Shown here: positions 51,084-59,783 of the stretch, piece after piece
Numbering within the stretch: the stretch's first letter is position 1
Layout: every line of letters starts with the position of its first letter
Virus record (IMG/VR): IMGVR_UViG_3300045988_090463
Coordinates: 12,472-76,471 of that record
DNA length: 64,000 nt
DNA from: a virus
Reading direction: 5' to 3' (one strand)
Notes under the pieces: generated by a model
What the model was told of the DNA's origin: nothing
Database searches by the model: none
What the model saw: the letters and a program-made list of their open reading frames with translations, nothing else
Made by a program: the position numbers and the translations under genes

Positions 51084-51128
51084 TTATTAAACTATGCTAT
51101 TGACACTATTATTAAACTATGCTAATAT
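51084..51128 (+). promoter_or_regulatory. plus-strand promoter TTGACA-17 nt-TAATAT flanked and overlapped by operator copies 3 and 4
   Basis: TTATTAAACTATGC at 51084-51097 and 51109-51122. Confidence 0.6.
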
Positions 51129-51239
51129 ATAACCATCAACAGAGAACAAAAAAAGCCCGGCAGACTTCCAAACCAAACCGGGCACCAATCAAAAAAAAGA
51201 AAGGTAACCCCATTATAACAGGGGCAAAGGTGAAAAGCA

Positions 51240-51611
51240 ATGGCAAAGAGAGAGCTTATGAAAAGAATCGAGAATGAAAAAACAAAATCAGCATGGAAAA
51301 AAGGTGTTAAAAATTACGCTTTGGACTTAGTGGATGGTTTGGAACTTGACGAACTCCCAGAAACTTGGGAAGAATTAAAAGCATTATTGTTAAACGGTGC
51401 AGACGGTTGGTTGCAGTATAGTTGGGGTGGTTGTGCTCTTATCTACGATGCGGATATTGCAAAAGCCCTTTGCACTCCGTCAGAACTCAAAAAGACACGC
51501 AACGGCGAACGCAAACCAAACAGTGGCGAAGAATGGTTGGGCGTTCAGGGGAGAGCGCTGTTCCAGGCTTCAAGGCTGATTCATTCTTGTTATAGATTTG
51601 CGGAGATGTAA
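51240..51611 (+). CDS. hypothetical protein (123 aa)
   Basis: First gene of the plus-strand operon. Confidence 0.5.
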   Translation: MAKRELMKRIENEKTKSAWKKGVKNYALDLVDGLELDELPETWEELKALLLNGADGWLQYSWGGCALIYDADIAKALCTPSELKKTRNGERKPNSGEEWLGVQGRALFQASRLIHSCYRFAEM

Positions 51612-51721
51612 GCCATGAAAAATACGCCTATTTCCAGTGAGAAAATCATGGATAGCGTAAGCGTACCGGGGAGCATTTCCCCGGCGGTCTTTTAACAAAA
51701 ATTCAAGGAGGATAAGAAAAC

Positions 51722-51925
51722 ATGATAAAAATTGATATGTGGTACAACGACAAAAAGGAACAGGCAACCGGGCTCGATATTTGGTTTAATGATCTTGGGT
51801 GTTTTTACTCTGGGAATATCACAATTTTTGATAAAATAGTCGGAGATTATTACGCCGACAGCGTGCAAGAAATTTGTGAAGCGTTCCCACATCTGAAAGA
51901 AAAAATAAACGCTTGTTTGAACTAA
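51722..51925 (+). CDS. hypothetical protein (67 aa)
   Basis: SD AAGGAGG. Confidence 0.5.
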   Translation: MIKIDMWYNDKKEQATGLDIWFNDLGCFYSGNITIFDKIVGDYYADSVQEICEAFPHLKEKINACLN

Positions 51926-51939
51926 ATAAAATAATTTCG

Positions 51940-51966
51940 GGCGGGGCTTTCCCGCCTGTTTTTCTA
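51940..51966 (+). terminator. rho-independent terminator
   Basis: GGCGGG-gcttt-CCCGCC followed by TGTTTTT. Confidence 0.65.
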
Positions 51967-51984
51967 AATACGGAGGGGTTAAGA

Positions 51985-52363
51985 ATGAATAAAACAATTA
52001 TATCTTTTGCAAAAAAAATACAATATGCAATATACAGAAGTAAATTTTATGTACGGTTTGACGGGGTATAGATTCGATTTTGGTTTAAACGATTATAATA
52101 CAATGAGCTGGTGTAAGTCTATGTTATCCAAACATAAAAACTTAGTTGTAGAATCTAACATTTATACAATGTGCGTAACGGTCTATAATCGCCAGGAAAA
52201 AGAAAAAGCATGTGCTTTTTATGAACTGGTAAAAAAGTTGCATGATATTTTTAACTTAGAATATCACGAAACGAAGGACGGCAGCCGGGCATATAATAAA
52301 GTTGTTGACTTTGTGTTGTTGCATCCGGAATACAAAAAAGCTTTTGACAGCATTTATAATTAA
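51985..52363 (+). CDS. hypothetical protein split by a frame change in an A8 run
   Basis: A strong SD (GGAGGGG) serves ATG 51985, which stops after 28 codons. The 118-aa ORF (52007-52363) has no SD and lies in the +1 frame. The switch point is A8 at 52011-52018. Confidence 0.4.
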
Positions 52364-52451
52364 TTTTTTTACCGCTTCCCGGTATCCAGTCCGGCGGTAC
52401 GTTCATGACGTGCAAGCGGTTTCCTTTGCTTTGTCTAATGCCCTTTATTTG

Positions 52452-52815
52452 CCTTTTAACGGCTTATATCTGCATTATGGTATATTTTACCGTTTACGGC
52501 TGCAAAATTGTTTCTAGGCAGTTTTACGCAATCAGCCAAAAGGATTGACGGCAAAATATAACAGGCGTATTATGTTTATATATGTCAATGTGGATAACTG
52601 CCGACTTAGATTCTGTCCAGTTTATGCAGCTGTTGCCGGTTTCGTTATCCTTGTAAGCGTCTATTTGGCGTTTTACGGCCGTTTATATGATTACATGTGT
52701 ATTTATCAACTGTAATTATTGAATTGATTCTAGATGCATTTACGGGCTTTATAATGGCATCCAGTTATTATATCGTACTTTATTTAATTGTCTTATAATG
52801 TTTTAACGTTGTATT
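52452..52815. repeat. iteron-like repeats TTTA(A/C)GG(C/G)..TTATAT (five or more copies) plus the pair AATTGATT(C/T)TAGA(T/C)GCA
   Basis: Copies near 52452, 52486, 52667, 52736 and 52798. The second motif occurs at 52720-52738 and 52873-52891. They lie inside an ~830-bp non-coding block. Confidence 0.5.
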
Positions 52816-53294
52816 TTGATTTTTAAGCTGCTTTATATCGTCACTCGATAAAGTATAGGCTTATGACGTTAGAATTGATTTTAGACGCAATTATGCAATT
52901 AATTACAATGTTTCTAGTATGATCGTGTGCATCGGATGGCGGCATGTTTTGCCGCGGATATATTCCTTGATGCATCATCACTTTACTATGAAGTCTCACG
53001 AGTGCTAATTTTCACAGACATTCAAAAAGACCCGAAGCATGGATTTTGAACGAAAAAAATCATTTTTCCATGGATACGGGTCGTTTTATATTTTTTATTT
53101 ATTTGTAATTTTGTACAAATATTTTTATAGCATCTATTCTGGGACTGTGGAAAATGTAAAATTATTTCAATTTATTTAGATGATCTACTTTACCAGTGCT
53201 TCTTTTCTTCTTTATTGCGGTTCCGATTTTCATCTTCTGTTCTCGTTCTTCCTGTTTTCTGGTCTTCGATTTCTTTCTCAATGAGTTTCCAGTA

Positions 53295-53972
53295 CTATAC
53301 CCCATATTTTCCCTCCTTATCCTTGATCTTCTGACTTCTGGTCTTGAAATTGATGATTTCCACGTCTGTATTGAGTTCAGGTGGTATTTTCCCTACAACG
53401 ATAACTCGAAGCGGTTCTATGTGTCTTTCCATTTCTTTAAAGCCTATACAGAATTCTTCTCTGGATGCTCTGGATTTAATTCTTCCATTGGTGCAACATG
53501 CTACGGTGCTTCTTTTTGGCACACCATCAAAAGCCCAGTCATAGCAATACTCTGGCGGTATACTTACGTTCGGAATAACTTTAATTCCGTTCATGCTGAG
53601 ATAATGAGACAATGCATGATTACGGTACTTCTGCCAGATATTCATTGCAAATGGCATTCCATTCTCTCCTACTGCCATAGAAAAGTCAGGGCCTATCACG
53701 CTATGGAAACATTTTAAATGTTCTAGGTATCTGTCTGGATTATTCCAAATTTTTTCAAATTCGTAGTCGTGGATGTAGAAATTCACTGTCAGCTTGCGGT
53801 GATTCTTAATCTTCGGACTGAAGCTATCCTTGAAATCAACCGTATCTTCTCCCGGATGTCCTGCGTATCTATCTAACATCGGTATCTGATATTTTCCGTC
53901 CAGTTCTGCTCCTATAATCATGTATTCTCTCATTACATCATATGCGGTATGACTATCTCCTAATACTTTCAT
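53295..53972 (-). CDS. DUF4417-like protein
   Basis: The pattern FYIHDYEFEKIWNNPDRYLEHL...VIGPDFS...WQKYRNHALSHYLSMNGIKVIPNVS. Confidence 0.5.
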   Translation of the reverse strand: MKVLGDSHTAYDVMREYMIIGAELDGKYQIPMLDRYAGHPGEDTVDFKDSFSPKIKNHRKLTVNFYIHDYEFEKIWNNPDRYLEHLKCFHSVIGPDFSMAVGENGMPFAMNIWQKYRNHALSHYLSMNGIKVIPNVSIPPEYCYDWAFDGVPKRSTVACCTNGRIKSRASREEFCIGFKEMERHIEPLRVIVVGKIPPELNTDVEIINFKTRSQKIKDKEGKYGV

Positions 53973-53998
53973 GCTTCGTTCCTCAATCATTATTACTG

Positions 53999-54012
53999 TG
54001 GTTTCGCTCCTT
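53999..54012. repeat. left arm of a perfect 14-bp inverted repeat (TGGTTTCGCTCCTT)
   Basis: Exact reverse complement of 55787-55800. Lies 24 bp beyond the recombinase stop. Confidence 0.7.
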
Positions 54013-54035
54013 AAAATTTACTCTTTAGTAATTAA

Positions 54036-55769
54036 TCAAAAAGCAAAGAAATATGTGTATTTTACGGGCTCTTTGTGTCCCGGAAAGCTGCGTAAAGCTC
54101 TGTAAAATGTAGTGCTTCGTTCCGTGAATATGGGGTTAAATAAGTTCACCGAACAACGCATACTTTTTCCGCTAACAAATGACATTTCTGTCGTAATTCC
54201 ATCTTTCAAATAAAATACCAGCTTTGCTTCTTTTTCTCCTATTGGATTAACAACTATTTTTTTCAAAAAACTGTCTACAACTGTCTTGGTTATGTCGTCC
54301 GGGCCGATTCCATCAAGCTGTTTTATGGAATGTGCAATTGCTCTGATTTGGTTTTCTATCGGAACAATATCATCCTGTATGGTTGACAGTTTTTCAATTT
54401 GCTTCTTGTATTCTTCAATTTGAGCTTCTAGTTTTTGACTCTTTTCAATGAATACAGCATCACTAATAGCTCCGTCCAGATTGTATTCCAGTAGCTTATC
54501 ACTTTTTCGTTCAGCGACATTTATTTGCTTTTCGAGTCTTTTAATTTCAGTTGATGCGTCTGCCTGGTTCATGGATGAATGATATATTTTAATGAACTTT
54601 TCGGCAATTTGTTCAATATCACCAGAAGATTCACAAATTAATTTCGCAATAACTTCTCGAAGTTCTCCGTCATCGATGTAAAAAGAATCACAGCTTGCAG
54701 CGCCTTCTTTTATTTTCTTACTGCAAACCCATTTAACATCTTCTTTTCCTCGAAGTGTTCTTTGTTTAAGCCAATATGATGCGCCGTCATTTCCACAAAT
54801 AAGCATCCCTGTGAACACATTTTCACTCTTTTTGATAGATGTTCTACGGGTTTTTACAATCTCGCCACGTGCATCAATATATTCGTTTGCTTTTTTCCAC
54901 ACTTCTTCGTCAACGATTTGCGGAACATGGCTTCCATCATCTTTAAACATCACCCATTCTGATTCTGGAAGAAACTCCTGCTTTTTGGTGAACATATCAA
55001 CAATCTTAACTTTACCACCGGCATAATATCCTTTATACTTTGGGTTTCTTATAATGTGGCGAATAACATTTCTGTCGATTTTACCGCCTTTGTAATTGCG
55101 ATAGCCCATGTTGTATAATTTTTTTTCTAATTGAGGCGTTGTCCATTCGCCGGATGCATAGTCTTCAAAAATCATTCTAACCATTTGAGCTTCAGATTCA
55201 TTTATTGTGAGTTTTCCGTCTTTTTTGTCGTACCCGTAAATCCTAGAGTTTCCAAGGACAACCCCATTTTTAATAGATTGCTTGTGTCCAAATTTAACAC
55301 GGTTAGAAAGCTTTCGGACTTCATCCTGTGCGACGCCAGCCATGATTGTCAATCGAAGTTCACTGTCTTCATCAATGGTGTTGATGTTGTCATTCTGAAA
55401 CCACACGCATACGCCCCAAGAAAGCATTTGCCTGGTATACTGGATACTGTCAAGTGTATTTCTGGCAAAACGCGTGATCTCTTTTGTGATAAGCATATCA
55501 AATTTCCCGTTCTTTGCATCTTCAAGCATTTCTTTGAACTGCTCACGATGTTTGGTTTGTATGCCAGATATGCCATTATCAATATATCCTTTAGCAAACT
55601 TCCAGTTTCTATTGCTTTTAATGAATTCTTTATAATACTGGGTTTGGTGTTCAATGGATACCTGCTGATCTTCGGAATCTGTACTTACACGAGCATAAAA
55701 AGCAACTCGTAAATTCAAATCATAAATAGAACGGGTTCTTAGTCTTTCTCTTGTATGGTATATGTTCAT
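54036..55769 (-). CDS. large serine recombinase (integrase)
   Basis: 577 aa. Catalytic block RVAFYARVSTD...FDMLITKEITRFARN. Recombinase, zinc-ribbon and coiled-coil C-terminal region. Confidence 0.9.
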   Translation of the reverse strand: MNIYHTRERLRTRSIYDLNLRVAFYARVSTDSEDQQVSIEHQTQYYKEFIKSNRNWKFAKGYIDNGISGIQTKHREQFKEMLEDAKNGKFDMLITKEITRFARNTLDSIQYTRQMLSWGVCVWFQNDNINTIDEDSELRLTIMAGVAQDEVRKLSNRVKFGHKQSIKNGVVLGNSRIYGYDKKDGKLTINESEAQMVRMIFEDYASGEWTTPQLEKKLYNMGYRNYKGGKIDRNVIRHIIRNPKYKGYYAGGKVKIVDMFTKKQEFLPESEWVMFKDDGSHVPQIVDEEVWKKANEYIDARGEIVKTRRTSIKKSENVFTGMLICGNDGASYWLKQRTLRGKEDVKWVCSKKIKEGAASCDSFYIDDGELREVIAKLICESSGDIEQIAEKFIKIYHSSMNQADASTEIKRLEKQINVAERKSDKLLEYNLDGAISDAVFIEKSQKLEAQIEEYKKQIEKLSTIQDDIVPIENQIRAIAHSIKQLDGIGPDDITKTVVDSFLKKIVVNPIGEKEAKLVFYLKDGITTEMSFVSGKSMRCSVNLFNPIFTERSTTFYRALRSFPGHKEPVKYTYFFAF

Positions 55770-55786
55770 TTCGATTCTCCTTCAAA

Positions 55787-55835
55787 AAGGAGCGAAACCA
55801 TTTATATTATACTCCATACAATGATTTCGCTCAAT
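55787..55835. promoter_or_regulatory. candidate recombination site (imperfect ~43-bp palindrome) including the right arm of the 14-bp inverted repeat
   Basis: GAGCGAAACCATT...(centre near 55811)...AATGATTTCGCTC. Lies 18 bp upstream of the recombinase start. Confidence 0.4.
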
Positions 55836-55840
55836 GCTTT

Positions 55841-55948
55841 TTAACATTTATTTATTTGCGTGATGATTTTTGTATATACTTCTCGACTTATTATACCTTC
55901 ATCATATAATCGCTTATTTATAATCAGCATGACTATCTTATCAGTCAC
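55841..55948 (-). CDS. small protein (35 aa) upstream of the recombinase
   Basis: GTG start 6 nt after GGAGGGA. Product VTDKIVMLIINKRLYDEGIISREVYTKIITQINKC. Confidence 0.3.
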   Translation of the reverse strand: MTDKIVMLIINKRLYDEGIISREVYTKIITQINKC

Positions 55949-55960
55949 ATGACATCCCTC

Positions 55961-56179
55961 CTAATTCACAAAATCAAAAATATTCATCTGTCCTTGTATT
56001 TCTTCTATTTCATCTTTTGTAAAAAATTTGCAGGCTGTCCATTTTGGATTCCAGTCAGCATCCAGTTCGTAATTTAAGCATTTGCATCTTTTAACGTTTT
56101 TAAACATCGCGCATTCAAAGCATTGATGTTCATAGTTCGTACCGCCCGAACGTTTGTACATTTCGCTGATTCTTCTCAT
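55961..56179 (-). CDS. hypothetical Cys-containing protein (72 aa)
   Basis: Start MRRISEMY is ATGA-coupled to the upstream ORF. Confidence 0.4.
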   Translation of the reverse strand: MRRISEMYKRSGGTNYEHQCFECAMFKNVKRCKCLNYELDADWNPKWTACKFFTKDEIEEIQGQMNIFDFVN

Positions 56180-56355
56180 AGGCTGATGTCCTTCCATAAT
56201 TCCGGGCATCTGGCAAAGTCATGCTCGCATTCTGTATATATGATGCATTTGTGGCAATCATGCCTACCAATTTGCTTTGCGTATTGTCGTATTACTTTCC
56301 TACATATAAGTACAAGTTCTGGCGTGATATCTAACTTTTCGTCTTTGCCCTCCAT
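56176..56355 (-). CDS. small Cys/His-rich protein (59 aa)
   Basis: Own translation MEGKDEKLDITPELVLICRKV...HDCHKCIIYTECEHDFARCP. Confidence 0.3.
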   Translation of the reverse strand: MEGKDEKLDITPELVLICRKVIRQYAKQIGRHDCHKCIIYTECEHDFARCPELWKDISL

Positions 56356-56591
56356 ACTTTTCTCCTTTTCTTTGTTGCTGCATATTCAAATTTGCCTTCT
56401 TTTACGCAATCTCTTGGGTCGCATCCTCGACTATGACCGACCATAAAAATATAATCGCACGTTTGCATTTTCCCTGATGTGCCGTTTGATTTCGGATAGA
56501 ACCTGCAATCTGCGCATTGACGATTAGTCAAATTCTGAATTTCTTGTGGTGTCATTTTTTTCCACGGTTTACGCTTGTTTTCCATTTTCAC
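56331..56591 (-). CDS. hypothetical Cys-rich protein (86 aa)
   Basis: ORF in the operon. Confidence 0.4.
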   Translation of the reverse strand: MKMENKRKPWKKMTPQEIQNLTNRQCADCRFYPKSNGTSGKMQTCDYIFMVGHSRGCDPRDCVKEGKFEYAATKKRRKVWRAKTKS

Positions 56592-57426
56592 CGCCTTGAA
56601 TCTTTTTGATAAGTTCCTGCTTCATTGCATCCGCTATGTGTTCCCTGACTGATTCTTCAGGAAAAGGGATTTCCAATGATCGCTCTAAAATTCTGTTCGT
56701 AATGCGGTCATCATATTTCAATCGGGAAATAGGATAATTACTGGTGAAAATTGTGGTTTTCTTGTCCACATACCGACCATTGATGATTCCGTAGAATTTT
56801 TCATTAATCCAATCTTTCCCAGATTCCGCACCAAAATCGTCAATAATCAAAATATCCGCATAAGTCAAATCACTAATCAGCTTATTCTCTGCGTTTTTTC
56901 CTCGTTCTCCCCATGTTGACTTTATCTCATCAAGAATTTTTAGGGATGTTGTGAATTTTACCGATTTCTGATACTTTTCTATCATCTCATTTGCCATGCT
57001 GCATACAAGTCTTGTCTTTCCAGAACCTTTAGTATTTGAATATATGTACAGCCCAATTCCCTGTTTCTGCATCTGTTGGATATTTTCAATCCAATATTTA
57101 ACAGCTTTTGCCGCCTGTATGAATATTTCCTTACTTTCTGGAAGTTGATACACGCTACTTTTCATATTTGAAAATCTGCATTCTTTGTACATATCCGGCA
57201 TTTCAGCAAATTGCAGCTGGTTCTGCAAGATCATCTTCTTTCTGATTCCGCAATGGCATTCTTCACAATATGGAACGCCGTTATCGTCCCTTGACCATAT
57301 CCAACCAGAACCGCCACAATCATGACAATCAGTCTGCAAATGGAGTGTCTGAGATTTTGCTTCCTCCGCATTGTTCAAATGGGATAAGCGGTTTGACATG
57401 TCTTTGAGCTGTTCTAGTGGTTCCAT
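56569..57426 (-). CDS. DnaC/IstB-like helicase-loader ATPase with an N-terminal zinc motif
   Basis: Walker A NTKGSGKTRL, Walker B ILIIDDFG, N-terminal CHDCGGSG...CEECHC. Confidence 0.8.
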   Translation of the reverse strand: MEPLEQLKDMSNRLSHLNNAEEAKSQTLHLQTDCHDCGGSGWIWSRDDNGVPYCEECHCGIRKKMILQNQLQFAEMPDMYKECRFSNMKSSVYQLPESKEIFIQAAKAVKYWIENIQQMQKQGIGLYIYSNTKGSGKTRLVCSMANEMIEKYQKSVKFTTSLKILDEIKSTWGERGKNAENKLISDLTYADILIIDDFGAESGKDWINEKFYGIINGRYVDKKTTIFTSNYPISRLKYDDRITNRILERSLEIPFPEESVREHIADAMKQELIKKIQGGENGKQA

Positions 57427-58213
57427 GTTGCCCCTCCTTGTTGTAGTTTCCTTCTAACGTCTTAAGAAAATTATTTGGTTTTACAAACCAGTCAAAAGTA
57501 ATCGTCCAGCCATTTTTATTTTCGCCTCTCAGGAAGTCACTGTTGCGGATATTGTCTATAGCTTTTAAGATATCGTCCATACCGTACTCTCTTATTCGTC
57601 CTTTGAGAAGCTGGTATCTTTTGGAGGATTGTTTAATATCTCTTATCGGATTGATGCCAACTTCCTGTAATTTGTTCCATTCCTCGATGACACGTCGGAC
57701 ATCAGTCTGACATATAGTATCTTTAGATACTATTAATTTATTATCTTTCTCTTTATCTATATCTTTATCTGTACATTGACATGGTTGACATGTCAATGAC
57801 ATGTCAATGACATCTTTTGACATCTCTTCTCTCTTTCTTGCTCTGGATTCTCTTTTTTTGATTCTGTTATATTCTTTTAATTCTGAAAGTTTATCAGTTG
57901 ACTGCCATTTTTCCCATGCAGATAAACAAATAAAATCATCTACAATTTCGATCATTCCGAATTTTTCAAATGTAGCTAACCCAAGTCTTATTGTATTTAT
58001 ATCCATCTTGAATTCTTCTGCCAACATTTCATCTGTGTATGGTATTTCCTTCGTGAAAAATACAAATCCATCATCGTTTGAATTTCCGGCAAGGCACATA
58101 AGGAAAATCCACATTAATGCAATTGTATCTCCATCTGGAAGTGTTCTTATCTGTTTGATTTTTCTGTTATCTGGCAATCCCGTTGATAATTTTATCCATT
58201 TTACATCCGCCAT
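57329..58213 (-). CDS. phage replisome organizer / DnaD-like initiator
   Basis: N-terminus MADVKWIKLSTGLPDNRKIKQIRTLPDGDTIALMWIFLMCLAG is typical of the replisome-organizer N-domain. Lies upstream of the loader. Confidence 0.75.
   Translation of the reverse strand: MADVKWIKLSTGLPDNRKIKQIRTLPDGDTIALMWIFLMCLAGNSNDDGFVFFTKEIPYTDEMLAEEFKMDINTIRLGLATFEKFGMIEIVDDFICLSAWEKWQSTDKLSELKEYNRIKKRESRARKREEMSKDVIDMSLTCQPCQCTDKDIDKEKDNKLIVSKDTICQTDVRRVIEEWNKLQEVGINPIRDIKQSSKRYQLLKGRIREYGMDDILKAIDNIRNSDFLRGENKNGWTITFDWFVKPNNFLKTLEGNYNKEGQHGTTRTAQRHVKPLIPFEQCGGSKISDTPFAD
57774..57826. repeat. origin-type iterons inside the organizer gene (5x TGACAT, 12-bp palindrome TTGACATGTCAA)
   Basis: TGACAT at 57777, 57786, 57797, 57808 and 57818. 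AT-rich CTTTATCT repeats lie just beside them. Confidence 0.6.
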
Positions 58214-58552
58214 TCATCTCACCTCTTTATTTGCTTCTCTGTGTTTGTCGCAGCTGTCATCATCTTCCTCACCTTTCCTTACAATCAATCCTCCACAATA
58301 TGGACAAAATGTATAATCCAGTCGATTGAGTGGCTTTCCGCAGCTACACCATGCTTTTACGGTCCATGATTTATAGTAGTCTGGCATGGCATCAAGTTTA
58401 TCCTTGTCAAGTACTTCCACTTTTACAATTTTCCCGTGCTTTGAATATTCTATTCGTGCATCTTCTTTCCCGTCAGAATATCCATGACTGTATGCACTGT
58501 TCAGCTGATATTCAATGGATTTGACAGCGTTATCTAAATACTTATAAGCCAT
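58214..58552 (-). CDS. hypothetical protein with a C-terminal zinc ribbon
   Basis: CSCG...CPYCGG. Confidence 0.45.
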   Translation of the reverse strand: MAYKYLDNAVKSIEYQLNSAYSHGYSDGKEDARIEYSKHGKIVKVEVLDKDKLDAMPDYYKSWTVKAWCSCGKPLNRLDYTFCPYCGGLIVRKGEEDDDSCDKHREANKEVR

Positions 58553-58994
58553 TCTTCATCTCCTCCAGCTTCTTCTCAGCTTCTTCACGGGTTAGGAACC
58601 ATGTTTTCCCGTATTCTACGTCAACGCAAATTACATTCGGGGCATGAATACTGTCTTTATCACACTGTACGAACCACCCTCTTTGTGAAAATACAATGCT
58701 GTAAACTTTTTGATGATACACTCTGTTATTTGCTTTATATCCATTCAGGACATTTAAATTATAATTTGTTTTGCTCGGAATCTTATAAATATCGTCACCG
58801 ATTTTAACTGGCAATTTCACAAGCAAGCCCTGCTCTTCTAAGTCTTCGTAATCAGCAAGTTTTTTAATCATATTCTCTACTGTTTTACAATTTCCTGCAC
58901 CCTGTGAGCAGCTATCGCAATATTCGCCACACTCAAGCTCTCGTTTTTCGTTATATGTGATACTACCATCTTCCCATTTTGTTAATCTCTCCAT
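58542..58994 (-). CDS. hypothetical protein (150 aa)
   Basis: ORF in the operon. Confidence 0.45.
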   Translation of the reverse strand: MERLTKWEDGSITYNEKRELECGEYCDSCSQGAGNCKTVENMIKKLADYEDLEEQGLLVKLPVKIGDDIYKIPSKTNYNLNVLNGYKANNRVYHQKVYSIVFSQRGWFVQCDKDSIHAPNVICVDVEYGKTWFLTREEAEKKLEEMKNGL

Positions 58995-59006
58995 CTACTT
59001 CACCTC

Positions 59007-59228
59007 TTAAAAAGACATATCTTCTAAATGCTCATAAATTTTATACGGAATAAAACAAATTGTCATAAGTACAAATCTTAATATTATTATCGGAATCTCT
59101 GCCAGCATGCACAATATGCACCAAATACATGCCAGTTTATTTCTTCTCCACCATTCCACTGGTTTTATTGAAACATTTCCATCCGTATCTCTTAATGCTT
59201 CAAAGGCAATTTTGCTAATTTTTATCAT
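59007..59228 (-). CDS. small membrane protein (73 aa)
   Basis: Two hydrophobic segments. Confidence 0.4.
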   Translation of the reverse strand: MIKISKIAFEALRDTDGNVSIKPVEWWRRNKLACIWCILCMLAEIPIIILRFVLMTICFIPYKIYEHLEDMSF

Positions 59229-59783
59229 CTACTTCACCTCTTTCAGCTTCTCAACTGCCAGTTTCAAAGATTCTACAAACTCATCATTCAACGCTGTGCG
59301 ATCTGGATTCTCAATGAATTTTTCAATATCTTCAATTGCTTTCTCTTCGGGTGTACAAATTGTGGATTTTCCTGATTTCGCAATTTCAAGAAGTTCGTCA
59401 ACATTACCTTCCCAAGTATCGATAAGACATAAAGTTTTGTTACATTTAGTATTCTTTCTGTTTAATACACATTCTGAACAGTTACGTCCATTGCAATTGT
59501 CCAGAGCTATAATGCATTCAACAAATTCTCTCGCAGTCATTTCTTTTGTTCCGAGTATTTCCGAGGTTTCGTAGAAAGCATTAATCTCTGCTCCGATACG
59601 TGCGCTGTACACCACATCTTTGTCGTTATAAAATTTTAAAATATCTGGGAAATGTTGTCCCGGTAATGGCTCACAATGGTCTTCCTTGTGCCAATGAAAA
59701 CCCTGCTTCTCAGCTTCTTTGAGAAGCATTTCGTTTTCTTCTTTTGTTCTAACCAAAATACATGTATTTCTTAAATCAATCAT
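59229..59783 (-). CDS. hypothetical protein (184 aa)
   Basis: Start MIDLRN after GGGAGGA. Confidence 0.45.
   Translation of the reverse strand: MIDLRNTCILVRTKEENEMLLKEAEKQGFHWHKEDHCEPLPGQHFPDILKFYNDKDVVYSARIGAEINAFYETSEILGTKEMTAREFVECIIALDNCNGRNCSECVLNRKNTKCNKTLCLIDTWEGNVDELLEIAKSGKSTICTPEEKAIEDIEKFIENPDRTALNDEFVESLKLAVEKLKEVK

Noticed and set aside
52364-53200. Considered as a CRISPR array.
   Set aside because: The repeats are only about 15 nt, degenerate and irregularly spaced (30-200 bp). No cas genes are present. They are classed as iteron-like instead.
53196-53294. 34 codons continuing in frame after the TAG stop of the DUF4417-like gene.
   Set aside because: The product is highly charged and low-complexity, nothing supports read-through, and it is probably chance.
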